From NCBI GenBank assembly GCA_044377285.1, contig JBILJK010000001.1, forward strand, positions 5,231-69,230: DNA of 64,000 bases. Direction: 5' to 3'. A program made the translations under genes and the position numbers. Source of the DNA: Candidatus Planktophila sp. GTDB lineage: Bacteria; Actinomycetota; Actinomycetes; Nanopelagicales; Nanopelagicaceae. The notes beneath the pieces were generated by a model. The model searched no databases and had not been told where the DNA came from. It saw only the letters and a program-made list of their open reading frames with translations. Positions 31,125-39,967 of this stretch are shown piece after piece (within the stretch, counting starts at the first letter, position 1; each line of letters begins with the position of its first letter).

Positions 31125-31991
31125 CACAACTTCAAGGCACCCATCTAGAGAATTACGTCGGAACAACAGGTTGCTTGCACCAGAAAGAGTTCCGGCTTTA
31201 ACAATCTCGCCATCAGGAAGTCTGACCTTCGCAGCGGAAGTTATATAGGTTCCAGCTTCGATTACACAATTATCGCCGAGGGAAATACCAAGACCTGAAT
31301 TCGCACCTAGTAGACACTTTTCACCGATTGAAATAACTTCTTTTCCGCCACCACTTAAAGTTCCCATAATCGATGCACCACCACCGACATCAGAGCCATC
31401 ACCAACCACTACTCCGGCAGAGATTCGGCCTTCGACCATAGAAGTTCCTAAAGTTCCAGCATTGAAGTTTACAAAACCTTCGTGCATAACTGTTGTTCCA
31501 GATGCAAGGTGTGCACCTAAACGAACACGATCTGCATCTGCAATTCGCACTCCGCTAGGAACCACGTAATCGACCATTCGAGGGAATTTATCGACACCGT
31601 AAACACTGACATGTCCATGCGCGGCTTTTAAACGGGCGCGAGTAATTTCAAAACCATCAACAGCGCATGGACCAACCGATGTCCACACAACATTGCTGAG
31701 TAATCCAAAAATTCCATCAAGTGCAACCCCGTGAGGCTTTACAAGTCGATGTGATAACAAATGTAAACGCAAATAAGCATCAGCTGCATCTACAGGAGGC
31801 TTTGTAGTGTCAATCTCGAGACTAATTAATTCGCGACTAACCCCACGTGCAACATCGGCACCAACAAGTGCATTTAATTCTGCCGGAGCAGAACCTGACA
31901 GCGCCAACAGAGATGGAGATGGGAACCAAACATCCAAGGTGGTCCCGTTGGAGATCGTTGCGATTCCATGGCCAGATGCAATAGTCGTCAT
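31074..31991 (-). CDS. dapD: Tetrahydrodipicolinate N-succinyltransferase
   Basis: YLRLHLLSHRLVKP, VDKFPRM, RVRLGA, EGRISAG, LFRRNS. Confidence 0.97.
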   Translation of the reverse strand: MTTIASGHGIATISNGTTLDVWFPSPSLLALSGSAPAELNALVGADVARGVSRELISLEIDTTKPPVDAADAYLRLHLLSHRLVKPHGVALDGIFGLLSNVVWTSVGPCAVDGFEITRARLKAAHGHVSVYGVDKFPRMVDYVVPSGVRIADADRVRLGAHLASGTTVMHEGFVNFNAGTLGTSMVEGRISAGVVVGDGSDVGGGASIMGTLSGGGKEVISIGEKCLLGANSGLGISLGDNCVIEAGTYITSAAKVRLPDGEIVKAGTLSGASNLLFRRNSLDGCLEVVLRTGTWGGLNSILHAN

Positions 31992-32021
31992 GTCCTAAGC
32001 CTAGCCTCTATTGTTAGCAGT
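31992..32021. promoter_or_regulatory. Divergent leaderless promoters
   Basis: TAGGCT (-; 31998-32003) 6 nt before dapD ATG; TATTGT (32009-32014) 7 nt before ATG 32022. Confidence 0.6.
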
Positions 32022-32555
32022 ATGCGTATTGCCGTGTTCTGCTCATCATCCCCAACGATTGATAACAAGTATGTAGAACTTGCCTACGAACTTGGGCAGG
32101 GAATTGCAGGATCTTCCAACGAATTAGTTACTGGTGGCGGTCATATTTCAATGATGGGCGCCGTCTCAAGGGGTGCTCGCGACAAGGGTGGCAAGACTGT
32201 CGGTGTTATTCCACAGGCACTTGTGGACATTGAATTTGCAGATCATGACAACGACGAACTTCATGTTGTTGAAACTATGGGTCAACGCAAGCAGATGATT
32301 ACAGATATTTCAGATGCATTCATCACTTTGCCAGGTGGCGCTGGAACTCTTGAAGAGTTTTTCGAAATTTGGGTGGGTCACTACTTAAAATTTCACACCA
32401 AGCCCGTTGTTATTTTGGACCCATTTGGCGTTTATGCACCTTTGCAGCACTTAATCCTTCATCTTGAGGAAGAAAAATTTATCAAGCCGGGGATGCGCGA
32501 CATTGTGCAATGGACTACAAATGTTGATGACGCACTGAAAGCATGTGGCGCGTGA
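32022..32555 (+). CDS. LOG-family nucleotide phosphoribohydrolase (TIGR00730)
   Basis: AVFCSS, GGGHISMMG, RKQM, PGGAGTLEE; start revised to MRIAV. Confidence 0.93.
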   Translation: MRIAVFCSSSPTIDNKYVELAYELGQGIAGSSNELVTGGGHISMMGAVSRGARDKGGKTVGVIPQALVDIEFADHDNDELHVVETMGQRKQMITDISDAFITLPGGAGTLEEFFEIWVGHYLKFHTKPVVILDPFGVYAPLQHLILHLEEEKFIKPGMRDIVQWTTNVDDALKACGA

Positions 32556-32986
32556 GAAGTAATCACATCGCAATGAGCCTTGTTATTCAAGCACCGGTTG
32601 AAAAAGTGTGGGCAGCTCTTGCTGATTGGGAATCACAAGGTGAGTGGATGTTGCAAACCACAGTTGAAGTTACATCAGAGATTCGTGAAGGAGTTGGCAC
32701 AACAATTGCTGCATTTACGGGGATCGGCAAATTTGGGGTAATGGACCACATGGTTGTTACTTCATGGCAACCACCGTATATCTGCGATGTTGTGCACACC
32801 GGAAAGATCATCAAAGGAACAGGCCGTTTTCAACTAAGTGCAATCGATGAAAATACAACTCGATTTGATTGGTCCGAAGAGATTCTGACTCCACGAGTGA
32901 TATTCCTTCTTATTGCACCTGGTTTGTACGCTGGGGTCAGGATTTCACTTGCCAAACTAAGTCGCCATTTGCGCGATAGAAAGTAA
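32552..32986 (+). CDS. SRPBCC-family protein
   Basis: APVEKVWAALADWESQGEW; GTGA overlap with LOG stop. Confidence 0.85.
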   Translation: MRSNHIAMSLVIQAPVEKVWAALADWESQGEWMLQTTVEVTSEIREGVGTTIAAFTGIGKFGVMDHMVVTSWQPPYICDVVHTGKIIKGTGRFQLSAIDENTTRFDWSEEILTPRVIFLLIAPGLYAGVRISLAKLSRHLRDRK

Positions 32987-33009
32987 TCCAAACGAAGTAA
33001 ACTAGGTCA

Positions 33010-33204
33010 ATGGGCAAGCAATCGCAGACACTGGCAGATGCCCTTGCCTCCTTGCCGGATGAAGAACGCATCATCTTGACGATGCACTATCTCAAATCAA
33101 TGTCAGCGGCTCAGATTGCGGCGATGCTGGGGGTTCCAGAGCGCTCGGTGGATTCGATCATCAAGCAAGGTAAGGCCAGATTGAGCGCAATAGTCGGGAT
33201 TTAA
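33010..33204 (+). CDS. Stand-alone sigma-70 region 4-like HTH protein
   Basis: LASLPDEERIILTMHY...SAAQIAAMLGVPERSV...ARL; TAAACT 6 nt upstream of ATG. Confidence 0.8.
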   Translation: MGKQSQTLADALASLPDEERIILTMHYLKSMSAAQIAAMLGVPERSVDSIIKQGKARLSAIVGI

Positions 33205-33216
33205 GCCCTCACCCCG

Positions 33217-33245
33217 ATTTCGCACAACAGAGCATTGTGCGAGAT
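33217..33245. promoter_or_regulatory. Inverted repeat (terminator or operator) before DUF3117
   Basis: ATTTCGCACAA-7 nt-TTGTGCGAGAT. Confidence 0.5.
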
Positions 33246-33297
33246 ACTTACCCCCTTGCAATAAATCAGTAATTCAACCGATTAGAGGAGTCCCCAC

Positions 33298-33477
33298 ATG
33301 GCAGCCATGAAACCCCGCACTGGTGATGGTCCAATGGAGGTTACAAAGGAAGCTCGCTCATTGGTTATGCGAATCCCTCTAGAAGGCGGCGGCCGATTGG
33401 TCGTTGAGATGAACGCTGAAGAAGCAAACAATCTCAGTGCCGCGTTACACGCCGCAGTCGCACTTGTGAAGAAGTAA
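33298..33477 (+). CDS. DUF3117 family protein (59 aa; below ORF-track cutoff)
   Basis: Read directly: MAAMKPRTGDGPMEVTKEARSLVMRIPLEGGGRLVVEM...VKK*; GAGGAG SD. Confidence 0.95.
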   Translation: MAAMKPRTGDGPMEVTKEARSLVMRIPLEGGGRLVVEMNAEEANNLSAALHAAVALVKK

Positions 33478-33508
33478 TTCCTATTCCGAGGCACTAGCCT
33501 TACCAATC

Positions 33509-34984
33509 ATGTCAGCACTACCAATTGCCTCCTCGCTAGATATTAAAGCGGCTACGTCGGCTAACTCAATTGCAATCGGATATGTGAAGAATTCTGATGA
33601 TGTATTTGAATGTGTAGGCCCACTGGTTTCAGAGATCGAGAAATTCTTTGGATTAAATCTTGTAGACGAGCTGGCTTTCTTCGCTCCGACCGCTAAAGCT
33701 GGAGAAATTTTTGAGATTCCAGTTAGTGCCACTGATTGTCCTACCGACCGAATCTTTTTAGTTGCAGTTGGGGATCAGAGTAATACAGCGCTTCGAGCAG
33801 CTGGCGCATCAGTTGGCCGCAAAGTTCGTGGAAAAAACTTGACTGTTTATTCTGCATGCGCAGTTAAAGAAGTAAAAGCACATGCTATTTCAATGGCACT
33901 TGGTGCGTGGGTATGGAATCTAAAGACTGATAAGAAAAAAGAAGAACCAACATTGTTAGTGGCAAGCAATAATAAAAAGCTGGTAGACGATGCAGCAGCA
34001 ATAGCACAAGCAATGTGCCGCGCTCGCGATTTGGTTCACACTCCTGCAAATATCAAAACTCCAGCATGGATGGGCAAACAGGCCGAAACTTTTGCAAAGG
34101 GAACAACCCTGAAAGTTAGAATTCTTTCAGGGACAGAGCTAAAGGAATTTGGTGGATTGCGCGCAGTTGGTGGATCATCACCAAAGCCGGGCCCACGCAT
34201 GATTCAAGTCTCGTATCAGCCGAAATCTAGTAAGAAATCAGTTAATGCATTGCCCCATGTTGTCTTGGTTGGCAAGGGCATAACCTTTGATACAGGCGGC
34301 ATTTCATTAAAGCGTCCCTATGACACCATGATGGCGATGAAGAGCGACATGGCAGGAGCTGCTGCAATTCTCGGTACGTTAACCGCTCTTGAGCACTTAC
34401 AACCAAATGTTCGAGTAACTGCATTGATGATGATGGCTGAAAACGCTATCTCTGGCACTGCGCAGCGCCCAAGTGATGTCATTAAACACTACGGTGGAAC
34501 AACAGTAGAAGTTATTAATACAGATGCCGAAGGTCGACTGGTATTGGCAGATGGTCTTGCATTTGCAGATTTGAATCTAGATCCTGATTACTTGGTAGAT
34601 ATTGCAACGCTTACGGGTGCAGCAACACTTGGCTTAGGTCGACAGTATGCTGCGATGTACACCCGAGACAATGCGCTTGCTGTGCAACTATCAAAAGCTG
34701 GAGAAACATCTGGTGATCGTGTGTGGCACATGCCATTAGTTGATGATTACAAAGATTCACTTCGAAGTGATATTGCAGATTTTAATCACAACGCTAGCAA
34801 GGGAAAGTATTCTGCAGGCTCTGTTACTGCAGCGCTGTTCCTCGAAAATTTTATTGGTTCACGTCGCTGGGTTCACTTAGATATTGCCGGAACTGCACGC
34901 AGCGAGGTAGATGCAGGGGAGAATTCAAAGGGAGGCACTGGATTTGGTGTGCGCTTGTTAACAGAGTGGATTTCATCTCTGTGA
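33509..34984 (+). CDS. pepA: Leucyl aminopeptidase (M17)
   Basis: VGKGITFDTGG, MKSDMAG, NTDAEGRL, DIATLTG, HLDIAG. Confidence 0.95.
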   Translation: MSALPIASSLDIKAATSANSIAIGYVKNSDDVFECVGPLVSEIEKFFGLNLVDELAFFAPTAKAGEIFEIPVSATDCPTDRIFLVAVGDQSNTALRAAGASVGRKVRGKNLTVYSACAVKEVKAHAISMALGAWVWNLKTDKKKEEPTLLVASNNKKLVDDAAAIAQAMCRARDLVHTPANIKTPAWMGKQAETFAKGTTLKVRILSGTELKEFGGLRAVGGSSPKPGPRMIQVSYQPKSSKKSVNALPHVVLVGKGITFDTGGISLKRPYDTMMAMKSDMAGAAAILGTLTALEHLQPNVRVTALMMMAENAISGTAQRPSDVIKHYGGTTVEVINTDAEGRLVLADGLAFADLNLDPDYLVDIATLTGAATLGLGRQYAAMYTRDNALAVQLSKAGETSGDRVWHMPLVDDYKDSLRSDIADFNHNASKGKYSAGSVTAALFLENFIGSRRWVHLDIAGTARSEVDAGENSKGGTGFGVRLLTEWISSL

Positions 34985-35610
34985 TGAAAATTGATCCACA
35001 TCAATTTGCTGAAGGATTTATCTCCGAAGACTTTTTCAAATCTCAAGCACGTGCCCGAGGCGTAGAACTTGGGGCCACTGATACAACACCTGGCTCAGGT
35101 GCATTTTTGCGCTATTTATCTTTTACACTTAAGGCTCAATCTGTTGTTGAAGTTGGAACAGGTTCAGGTGTCGGTTCGCTGTGGCTCCTTGACGGTATGT
35201 TGGAAAGCGGCACTCTGACATCAATAGATGACGAAATGGAACATACACAAATCGCCAAAATAGCATTCGCTGACGCAGGTATTGCACAAGGGCGCATTCG
35301 ATTAATTACAAACTCTGTTGTTGATGTGATTTCGAAGTTAACAGATCGCGCATATGACTTAGTTGTTTTGCGTCATAATCCAGAAGATCTTAGTTTCGTC
35401 ATTAGTGAAGCTCACCGAATTTTGCGCAGCGGGGGAGCTTTAGTTATCGACAATTACTTCGGTGGCGGAAAAGTTAGCGATGCGGCGCAGCGAGATCCAA
35501 AAACTGTGGCCCTGCGCGATGCTGGGAAAATTATCAAGAACGACTCAGAACATTGGGTAAGTTCCTTAATTCCAGTAGGAGATGGCCTACTCGTAGCTAC
35601 AAAGGTGTAA
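34984..35610 (+). CDS. O-methyltransferase family 3 (Rv1220c-like)
   Basis: EVGTGSGVG SAM motif, LTSID, GGALVIDN, PVGDGLL; start probably ATG 34984. Confidence 0.85.
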   Translation: MKIDPHQFAEGFISEDFFKSQARARGVELGATDTTPGSGAFLRYLSFTLKAQSVVEVGTGSGVGSLWLLDGMLESGTLTSIDDEMEHTQIAKIAFADAGIAQGRIRLITNSVVDVISKLTDRAYDLVVLRHNPEDLSFVISEAHRILRSGGALVIDNYFGGGKVSDAAQRDPKTVALRDAGKIIKNDSEHWVSSLIPVGDGLLVATKV

Positions 35611-35620
35611 AGATACGAGC

Positions 35621-36745
35621 ATGATCTTTCCCAAAAACAAAGTTAAGCAGGAACTCCCTGCGCCTTGGTGGCAACCACCTACTGCACGCAAGAGTTCAAA
35701 AGGTAACGCGATACTAATCGCCGTTCTTGCCGGAAGTATCGGTGGCGCATTAGGCGTTAACGCTTCTGGTGGAGATCTTTTTAATCGTGTTCAACTAGTT
35801 TCATCAACGAGCACAATTCAACGAGCACCAGATTCAGTTGCCGGTATTGCTCAAAGAGTCCTACCTTCGGTCGTTTCCATTAGTACACGTTCAATTGATG
35901 GCGCAGGTACTGGCTCAGGATTTGTTATTGATAGCAATGGATATATTCTGACAAACAACCATGTGATTAGCGATGCAGCACAATCCGGTGGAAGCATTCA
36001 AGTTTCTTTAAGTGATGGTTCTTTTTATTCAGCCAAGGTTATTGGTCGTGATGCATCCTATGATTTAGCGGTTTTGAAGATTAATGTCTCAGGACTGAAA
36101 GCGTTGCAATTTGGAGATAGCGACTCAGTGGCTGTTGGTGATTCAGTAATCGCAATTGGTTCGCCGTTGGGATTAAGTGGAACTGTTACGACTGGAATAA
36201 TTAGCGCCAAGAATCGCGCTGTTACTGCGGGTGAATCAAATACTGAAAGTTCGTTTATAAATGCACTACAAACAGATGCAGCAATTAACCCAGGAAATTC
36301 TGGTGGCCCTCTTGTTGACGCGACCGGTGCAGTTATCGGTGTTAATTCAGCAATTGCATCTCTCGGTACATCATCCCAAATCGGTTCAATTGGTTTGGGT
36401 TTTGCAATTCCAATTAATCAAGCACGAAAGACCGCTGATCAATTGATAAAGAATGGTGTTGCAACCTATCCAGTCATTGGCGTATCGCTGAATATGAATT
36501 TCACAGAAAATGGTGCGCAAGTTGCAACAAATGGGCGTGGAATCCTGCCAGGAGGCCCGGCGGCTAAGGGGGGCTTACGGGCTGGGGATGTCATCATCGA
36601 AATTGACGGAAAAGAGATTTACTCACCTGAAGAGCTCATTGTTTCTATTCGAGCAAAGAGTGTTGGGGATCGAGTAACCCTGAGCTTTCTGCGCGATGGT
36701 GTCAAGAAAACAGTCACTCTTACTCTGATCGCAGGAAAGAAATAA
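35621..36745 (+). CDS. htrA: HtrA/DegP-family serine protease with one PDZ domain
   Basis: TM anchor, TNNHV, DLAV, QTDAAINPGNSGG, PDZ (GLRAGDVI). Confidence 0.95.
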   Translation: MIFPKNKVKQELPAPWWQPPTARKSSKGNAILIAVLAGSIGGALGVNASGGDLFNRVQLVSSTSTIQRAPDSVAGIAQRVLPSVVSISTRSIDGAGTGSGFVIDSNGYILTNNHVISDAAQSGGSIQVSLSDGSFYSAKVIGRDASYDLAVLKINVSGLKALQFGDSDSVAVGDSVIAIGSPLGLSGTVTTGIISAKNRAVTAGESNTESSFINALQTDAAINPGNSGGPLVDATGAVIGVNSAIASLGTSSQIGSIGLGFAIPINQARKTADQLIKNGVATYPVIGVSLNMNFTENGAQVATNGRGILPGGPAAKGGLRAGDVIIEIDGKEIYSPEELIVSIRAKSVGDRVTLSFLRDGVKKTVTLTLIAGKK

Positions 36746-36763
36746 GTACCGTAGGCTAACGCT

Positions 36764-37072
36764 ATGTTCTTTGATATCGGTGCAGGCGAGATATTGGGCC
36801 TTGCAATTTTGGGCATGATGCTAGTTGGGCCTGAACGTTTGCCGAAGTTAGCTGTTGAAGCTGCGCAGTGGGTAAAGAAACTTCGTGGCTTGGCATCAAC
36901 TGCAACCGCCGAGCTTCGCGAAAACTTGGGACCTGGTTTTGAAGATTTACAACCTAAAGATTTAAACCCAAAAACTTTTATGAAAAAGCAGGTCGCGGAT
37001 TTGTTGGATGAAGGAACCGCTAAACCAAAGGTGAATCGTCCAAAGGCAATGATTGATCCAGATCTCTTATGA
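36764..37072 (+). CDS. tatB: Sec-independent translocase TatB
   Basis: MFFDIG, GPERLP; between htrA and mrp; TAGGCT 6 nt before ATG. Confidence 0.92.
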   Translation: MFFDIGAGEILGLAILGMMLVGPERLPKLAVEAAQWVKKLRGLASTATAELRENLGPGFEDLQPKDLNPKTFMKKQVADLLDEGTAKPKVNRPKAMIDPDLL

Positions 37073-38190
37073 GTTTAGTAGATCAGATTTCAGAAGCATT
37101 AACAAAAGTTCAAGATCCCGAACTTCGTAAGCCAATTACCGATTTAGGAATGGTTGAAGATTTACAGGAAAAAAATGGCGCCGTAACGGTCACAATTTTA
37201 CTTACGATTTCTGCCTGTCCGATGCAAGATCGATTGCGCACTGATGTTACAACTGCGATTACTAACGTCGAAGGTGTTGCATCCGTTGATTTAACTTTTG
37301 GAGTAATGACCGAAGAGCAACGAAACAATGTAAAAAAGATTGTTCGTGGCGGTCGTGAAAAATTCATTCCATTCGCACAACCTGATTCCCTGACCCGTGT
37401 TATCGGAATCGCTTCTGGAAAAGGTGGAGTTGGTAAATCTTCGGTTACCGCCAACCTTGCCGTGGCGGCAGCTAAAAAGGGTTTGAATGTTGGAATTTTG
37501 GATGCTGATGTTTATGGTCACTCGATCCCACGTCTGATGGGTTTGATGGGACAACGACCAACTGCAATTGACCAAATGTTTATTCCACTTGAATCCTATG
37601 GAGTTAAGACAGTTTCCATGGAAATGTTTAAGCCTGAGCGCTCAGATCCTGTCGCCTATCGCGGGCCGTTGCTGCACCGAGTACTTGAACAGCTACTTTC
37701 TGATGCATATTGGGGCGACCTTGATCTTTTGTTAATCGATCTTCCACCCGGAACTGGCGATCTAGCCATTTCGCTTGGACAGTTAATTCCAAACTCTGAA
37801 ATTGTGGTTGTGACAACTCCGCAGATCGCAGCAGCTGAAGTCGCCGAACGTGCAGGCCGCATCGCTCACCAGATTCATCAGCATGTAATCGGTGTTATTG
37901 AAAATATGTCGCAGTTTCCTTGTCCAGCATGCGGCGAGCCAATGTCACTGTTTGGTGAAGGTGGGGGAGAAGAAACATCTCACCGCTTATCCCAATTAGT
38001 CGGCAGTGATGTTCCATTACTTGGGAAGATTCCATTTAGTCCGGCGCTACGAACTGGTGGAGATGATGGTGCACCGATAGTTGAAGCTGACCCAACTTCA
38101 GTAGCCTCTGTTGCGATTCTAGAAATAGCCGAAAAAATTGTGAAGCGAAATAAATCCTTACTCGGAGTCCGATTGGGTATCTCGACGTAA
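37069..38190 (+). CDS. mrp: Mrp/NBP35 Fe-S cluster carrier ATPase
   Basis: DPEL...CP (DUF59), GKGGVGKS, DADVYG, DLPPGTGD, ENMS, CPAC. Confidence 0.96.
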   Translation: MSLVDQISEALTKVQDPELRKPITDLGMVEDLQEKNGAVTVTILLTISACPMQDRLRTDVTTAITNVEGVASVDLTFGVMTEEQRNNVKKIVRGGREKFIPFAQPDSLTRVIGIASGKGGVGKSSVTANLAVAAAKKGLNVGILDADVYGHSIPRLMGLMGQRPTAIDQMFIPLESYGVKTVSMEMFKPERSDPVAYRGPLLHRVLEQLLSDAYWGDLDLLLIDLPPGTGDLAISLGQLIPNSEIVVVTTPQIAAAEVAERAGRIAHQIHQHVIGVIENMSQFPCPACGEPMSLFGEGGGEETSHRLSQLVGSDVPLLGKIPFSPALRTGGDDGAPIVEADPTSVASVAILEIAEKIVKRNKSLLGVRLGIST

Positions 38191-38655
38191 CTCTTTTGCA
38201 AGTTCATCAACTAAATCTGCAAGTTCACTTCGCATGAAGTCGCGAGTAGCAACTTCTCCCAAAGAATTACGTAGCGCTGCAAGTTCACGCGTTAAATACT
38301 CGGTATCAGCAATCGATCTTTCCTTCTGTGCACGATCTTCATTGAGTTGAATACGATCTCGGTCAGCTTGACGATTTTGTGCAAGAAGAATAAGTGGCGC
38401 TGCATAGGATGCTTGCAATGAAAGAATCAAGGTTAAGAAAATAAATGGATAATCATCAAAACGAAGATCAACTGGTGCGACAAAGTTCCACACGACCCAA
38501 AACATTACAAAGAAAGTCATATACACAAGAAAGCGTGCAGTACCCAAGAAACGCGCAAAACGTTCTGACAAGCGCCCGAAAGCTTCTGGATCGAAATGAG
38601 GGCGTAGCGAACGTCGAGTCTCGCGCGGAGTATCTAATCCATTAGTGCGTGCCAT
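38158..38655 (-). CDS. DUF1003 membrane protein
   Basis: FDDYPFIFLTLILSLQASYAAPLILLAQNRQ. Confidence 0.92.
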   Translation of the reverse strand: MARTNGLDTPRETRRSLRPHFDPEAFGRLSERFARFLGTARFLVYMTFFVMFWVVWNFVAPVDLRFDDYPFIFLTLILSLQASYAAPLILLAQNRQADRDRIQLNEDRAQKERSIADTEYLTRELAALRNSLGEVATRDFMRSELADLVDELAKELRRDTQSDSE

Positions 38656-38667
38656 CTTTTGACCTCC

Positions 38668-39945
38668 TTACAGCGTTTCTGACTTAAAAGTTACTGGTGA
38701 TTTTTCTCGGTGATCATGTCGCCAATTTTCAGGCAATAAGTGATCGAGCACATCATCAACTGTTACAGCTCCTAGCAAACGCTCATTGGCATCTACTACG
38801 GGTAGTGAAAGCATGTTGTAACTAGCTAAATACGATGAAACCTCGTGCAAAGTTGCATCTGGATTGACGCCTTTTGAATCATTATCAACAATCGAACCTA
38901 ACAGTGTTGCAGGTGGTTCGCGCAACAGGCGTTGGTAATGAACAACCCCAATAAAGCGACCGGTTGGCGTTTCAACTGGTTGGCGACAGATATAGATCTG
39001 TGAAGCAAGCGCAGGAGAAATTTCTTTTTGGCGAACTGCAGCTAACGCATCGGCAACTGTTGAATCAGCGGTAAGCACGATTGGCTCAGTCGTCATCATT
39101 CCACCTGCCGAGTAATCTTCATAGTTCATTAAACGCAAAACATCTTCGGCATCTTCAGGTTCCATTAAATCTAGAAGTGCATTTGCCCGCTCTTCACCAA
39201 TTTCACGCAGTAAATCTGCAGCATCATCTGGATCCATTTCGCCCAAAACATCTGCGGCACGTTCACCTTCAAGTTCGGCCAATAGTGCAACTCGATCAGT
39301 TTCATCCATCTCTTCCAAAACATCTGCAAGGCGTTCATCATCAAGAGCGATGGCAACTTCAATGCGTCGCTTGGGTGCAAGATCTTGTAATACCGCTGCA
39401 AGATCAGCAGCACGCAAATTGGCAAGTGTTGACATTAAATTTGCAACACCTTGATTTTGCTCGGTGTTCGCAAATCCTGTGACCTCTTCCCAAGCTACCG
39501 TTGACGTTGCGCCTTTGCGACGCAGGCCTTTACCTCGACGCATGATGTGCACACGATTGATATACCAATCGCCGGTTCGTGTTTCTTCCATACCCAAGTC
39601 TTCGACAACAACGGCTTCGCCAGATTCAATTAATGTAATTGAAAAATCCAGCATTTCGCCAAGTGCAAGAACTTCGCCGGGACGTGTTTCGAATCGGCGC
39701 ATATTGAGTAAGCCAGTAATTACAACCGCCCCACTTTCGATAGAAGTCACACGCGTGATGGGTACAAAGACACGACGACGCAAAGGAACTTCTACAACTA
39801 ATCCAAGAATTCGTGGCGGTTGATTTGTAGAACGAAGGGTCGCGACAGCATCTCGCACCTTTCCTACTGGATCACCATTTGGGTCAAAGACCGCGGTACC
39901 TGCAAGACGGGCAAGAAATACTCGGTTTAGGAGATTGCTGCTCAT
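38668..39945 (-). CDS. MgtE N-terminal/CBS domain protein (no membrane domain)
   Basis: PRC-barrel N-term, MDPDDAADLL repeats, SAGGMMT, GAVTVDDVLD; start revised to MSSNLL. Confidence 0.9.
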   Translation of the reverse strand: MSSNLLNRVFLARLAGTAVFDPNGDPVGKVRDAVATLRSTNQPPRILGLVVEVPLRRRVFVPITRVTSIESGAVVITGLLNMRRFETRPGEVLALGEMLDFSITLIESGEAVVVEDLGMEETRTGDWYINRVHIMRRGKGLRRKGATSTVAWEEVTGFANTEQNQGVANLMSTLANLRAADLAAVLQDLAPKRRIEVAIALDDERLADVLEEMDETDRVALLAELEGERAADVLGEMDPDDAADLLREIGEERANALLDLMEPEDAEDVLRLMNYEDYSAGGMMTTEPIVLTADSTVADALAAVRQKEISPALASQIYICRQPVETPTGRFIGVVHYQRLLREPPATLLGSIVDNDSKGVNPDATLHEVSSYLASYNMLSLPVVDANERLLGAVTVDDVLDHLLPENWRHDHREKSPVTFKSETL

Positions 39946-39967
39946 GGGATAAGGGTACCTTTCTCTT
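39946..39967. promoter_or_regulatory. Bidirectional leaderless promoter
   Basis: TACCCT (-; 39952-39957) and TACCTT (+; 39956-39961), each 6 nt before an ATG. Confidence 0.65.

Noticed and set aside
33282-33732. Minus-strand ORFs of 74 and 83 aa
   Set aside because: Shadows of DUF3117 and pepA
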